Assembly: GCA_001655205.1 (NCBI GenBank)
Contig: LPNZ01010005.1
Location: 2,652 to 66,651, forward strand
Source of the DNA: Lenisia limosa
Lineage: Eukaryota > Protista > Breviatea
Direction of reading: 5' to 3'
Length of the DNA stretch: 64,000 nucleotides
The position numbers and the translations under genes are program-made. Of this stretch, positions 60,284-64,000 are shown in pieces (positions within the stretch are counted from its first letter, which is position 1; each line of letters starts with the position of its first letter). The notes beneath the pieces are model-generated. The model worked only from the letters and a program-made list of their open reading frames with translations. It had not been told where the DNA came from and did not search any database.

Positions 60284-63200
60284 CTACTGGACTTCAAAAA
60301 TTTTCTTGGTTTCCCCATTGTGATCATTTCTTCTGCTGAAAGGAATGCTGGCGTGGTCGTAAAGACAAAATAAATCAAATATGTTTATTCTGGTGTGATT
60401 ATTATTATTATTATTATAATCCATATTCACAGGAAGTTGTTCTTCCAACTGACTGGTATGAGGTAAAAAATGTTGTTTCTCTCGAGACAAAATGAAACTC
60501 CTTAAAAAAAGTTGGATACAAAAAAAAAAAAAAAANNNNNNNNNNNNNNNNNNNNNNNNNNNNNNNNNNNAGAATGGAACCAATCTCAGGTCCCCATCCA
60601 TGTAATATAGTATGTATATAACTCCTTCAATATCAAAGGAGGGGGTCACAAAGCTCAACGTGCATTACAATAATCAGCCACAAACCCTCGGCGAGATCTG
60701 ACTGAGCTGATGAGCCGTATTGGGGTGGCTGCCCTGCAGAAACGCAAAGGGCGGTGGCGACTGGTGCGATCTATGGGGGGACGGCGACCGGCGGCTTGGT
60801 GAGGCAGCCCGGTTGTACGGGTCAATTGGCCGGGAGTGCGGCGCTGACTGCGGCCGTCGCCGCCGCGTGCTTTCGGGGGTGCAGGCTGGGCGATTAAAGA
60901 TACAAGGGATGATGTTGGGTAGACTTGTAATCAACTCTCAGCTTACAAGCAGAACTGGAGGGTGGAGGTGATGGGGAGCGAGATTTGGCTGAACTTGGCC
61001 TTGGCGGTGGGACTATAAACGTGAGCCAATATTCAGTGCGTGAGTTCATATGCAACAAGAGGGACGCAGCATACCCGAAAGCATGGGCTCAGGAGACGCA
61101 GAGGAGCAACGCTGAACCTTGGCAGTTATAAACAACTTATCGTATTTGGCCTTTGAAACAAACCAAACCTTGGGTAGGGGCAGCATGGGAGGTCGGCTAG
61201 ATGAGAGGAGAGATGCCGTGTCAAACTGAAATGTTAGGATAGAGAACTTCGGAGTTCAGTTGCTATCTTGCTTGTGTGTATGGGGGGAGGGAGGGATAAA
61301 TAATACATGATAATTACAACACGTTTGGATACGTTTAGAGCCCCCCCCCCCTACGGTGAGCAGGCGTTGGGTGTTTTCGCTGACGGAGTAGGGAGTTGGG
61401 GGGTTTGTGAAGGCATCTGCTGTCTGCACCTCCTAAAAGGTCAACTTATGATCCATCTCTTTCACGAAGCAATAAGGAGAAAAGGCACCAACCCGAGCGG
61501 GCTGGAAGGGGGCAGCGTAATGTCCAGATGAGACAGGTACAAATGCCCAGGATTGTGTCGCCGCCTGCAACGTGAGTGGAATTCTACAACAACCTCTCGC
61601 ACTACAAACCTGGTGATTTGCCCTGGCCGTTGGCGGGCGATGCCGACGCAAATTCGTCACCTTAAACAGTGAATTTGCCCCGAGACAGTCAACATACCTG
61701 GGCCATCAGCAATCGGTAAGACAACCACATAACATCTTGGTCCACCCGCGTCTCAAGCATCTAAAGGGGTGAGATCTTGGAGACATAATAAAGTTAAAAT
61801 AGTATCAAAGTGCGTACTCGAGATATGAACTGGTGATGGCCATTAATGAGGTTCAGAATTGAAACGGACACCTAAACCGTGAGAAGTGCAGGAAATGGAG
61901 AGAGCAAACTGAGTCAATCTCCATGCCCATTCTCAGGTAAGCAGCCACACTATTCGTTGCCGCCTCAAGAAGTTGTCCTGCTTCTTCCCATGAACGCTAG
62001 ATCGTAAGTAAAAGACAAAGAGTGAACGATAAACAGAGAAAACGAATCAGGCGTACAGCTCCTTCAGCGTCACCGAATGGATGAAGAACAAGAGGGTTCA
62101 AGGGCAGAATTTCTTCAGCCGCAGTCTAAACGGTCAAGAATTGCCTGATTCTTACTTGGTGCATGAACTGTTCAATTCGAATGTGTTTGTCCTCTCCCGC
62201 GCCTTTGTCGAATATCTTTCGGAGCTAGGCGATAAGAAGAAATAGTACAGCAACATCAGGCCAAGTCCACACAAATCATCCCATGATATTACCTTGGTTG
62301 GTGCAATTGATGGGTCAACAAACTGCATAAGAGCAACAAAAGCCTCCCATTTCAGTCCACGATCTGGGAATGTCAGATAATGAGCACAATACTGGAGAGA
62401 GGACCCAAGACCAACCATGGATATTGTCGTGAACTTCGTCTTCGTCCCTTGTTGAGTCTTCCATCATTCCTCTTCTCTTCTTCTTCTTCTTTCTCTTTCT
62501 CGGGTGAAGATCCTCATCTAAAGAAGTAAAGTTAAAATATCAAATAGACAAAGGCTGCATGCAATTGAGATCCGTCCCACTAGTGACATCTCGATGGTAC
62601 TTGATCCCTCCTGCTGCAGCAACAAACAAGGGTCTCAGACGGTGGTGGAGCTTCGAAGTGGACGTCTGCCACTCCTCCAGCAGGACGTCCATGATACGGT
62701 CGAGACCCAGGATCCACGTCACCCCGGAAGCACTCCTGGCGGACCCGGGCCTGTCACGTGACGCCGATGACGGACGACTGCCGACAGCGGGGCTTGGCGG
62801 CCGGCCGGTTGGCATTATGGCCCGAGCCTAGTGATTAGGGGTTGCAGATGGCGGAAACATATAATAAGCTCTATATACCACAAACCTGTTCTTTGAGAGA
62901 TGGGGCGACAGAGGGTTGGAGTTCGGGCAAACCCAGGTGCTTCTTGAAAAGCTGTGAAGCGACATGGAGCGACGTGCGATAGTCGAGTTCAATGTCCGTT
63001 TCCTCGGCTTTCGTGTCGGCCTTGTCCATTAGGCAATAATAAGGTATCGGGAACTGATATGGAAGAGAAGATCGTATGTCGTTAACAGCATTACTACGGC
63101 TTGCCCCCAAAAGGTCTGAAATTCTCGATAAATCCTCAATTAATATTGATATGTATATTTGCTACCGGTTTTTTTAGATCGTAAGGAAGTCCTTAGCATA

Positions 63201-64000
63201 ACCTTTCAAAAGGGGTAAGTGCAACCAAGCAAACCGAAACCGCAGCACCGGAAGCAATTTCAAGTTCTTTTAGACCAATCCTGGGGGGTTAGGAAGGTAT
63301 TNNNNNNNNNNNNNNNNNNNNNNNNNNNNNNNNNNNNNNNNNNNNNNNNNNNNNNNNNNNNNNNNNNNNNNNNNNNNNNNNNNNNNNNNNNNNNNNNNNN
63401 NNNNNNNNNNNNNNNNNNNNNNNNNNNNNNGACAAAAGAAGGTTCACAAGTGATCTGTCGAAGTCAGACAAAGAGGAGCCCGGAAACAGCACCAAATTAA
63501 AACGTGATCTTCTGAAGAAACTCACTTTTCAGCAAGGTCTCTGAGGCCAAAGCGATGCAAAAACCAGTCGTAAAGAAACTCCGGCATGGTCTGCTCTGTT
63601 AACATGTGTCTCATGTACAAAGTTTACACAACACACACCTGTCTTGGATTATGTGACCGATCGTCAACAGCATCGGCATTGAGTTTGTCGGAGTATATCA
63701 GTCGGATGAGCCGCAGCGTGGCGCCAACGCTCAAAATATGCGTTCCTACACAAGTCAGATCTCTTGATTTATATATAAAATGATCAAACATACAATACAA
63801 AAGACAATTTTGTCTGTCATTTTCAAGAGAAAAACAGAGAGAAATGGCAATGAGGTGAAACAGAAAAGATAGTCACGTATTGTCTTTCCAAGTCAGAAGA
63901 GTCCCACCAGTTGGGAACTTGGAAAACATTCTGAGGTATTCTGTGGGGACAACTGCCTGTTTCTTGTTCTTTTTCGAAACCTGGAACCAGTCATAAGGAG
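60284..64000 (-). CDS. 3' part of a large uncharacterised protein with EF-hand-like segments (TSNAXIP1-like region possible); starts outside the window
   Basis: LRLIRLIYSDKLNADAVDDRSHNPRQTMPEFLYDWFLHRFGLRDLAE, LRPLFVAA, LKWEAFVALMQFVDPSIAPTKLRKIFDKG...IRIEQF and a Ser/Pro/Arg-rich tail. Stop TAG at 60284-60286. Confidence 0.6.
63096..63193. mobile_element. Diverged second copy of the 97-bp palindromic MITE-like element
   Basis: Shares tctcgataaatcct...aatat(t/c)gatat and the end gatcgta(a/t)ggaag(t/c)cct with 19874-19970. The left inverted repeat is degenerate. Confidence 0.65.

Noticed and set aside
1-64000. Alternative genetic code or stop-codon readthrough
   Set aside because: Apparent in-frame stops fall within GT-AG introns, and TAA, TAG and TGA each terminate reconstructed genes.

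Overview
Gene-dense, intron-rich eukaryotic DNA from a draft assembly with many N gaps. It uses the standard genetic code, with short GT-AG introns and TAA, TAG and TGA all used as stops. About 19 protein-coding genes can be reconstructed by hand: a TPR+SGNH-hydrolase protein, a UPF0132/DUF4870 membrane protein, a hormone-sensitive-lipase-family enzyme, a 13 kb MyTH4-FERM (myosin VII-type) myosin, a FANCE-like protein, a Cys-rich type I surface protein, a CS/HSP20-like protein, eIF3k, LRRC23, uridine kinase, an unknown LRR protein, a ZIP transporter, GPR89, PIG-C, an unknown coiled-coil protein, a Cyp33-type RRM protein, an SLC35D-type transporter, an EF-hand-like protein, and the 5' end of a probable secreted protein. 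The gene content suggests a flagellated protist, probably Amorphea (inference). Enlarged introns hold a decayed Tc1 transposon, MITE-like elements, an antisense tRNA-Pro(AGG) next to an unexplained 1.1 kb insert, short tandem duplications and many G/C homopolymer runs. No CRISPR, rRNA or prokaryotic system is supported. Gene boundaries come from manual splicing and are approximate. Family calls come from motif recognition, not database searches.
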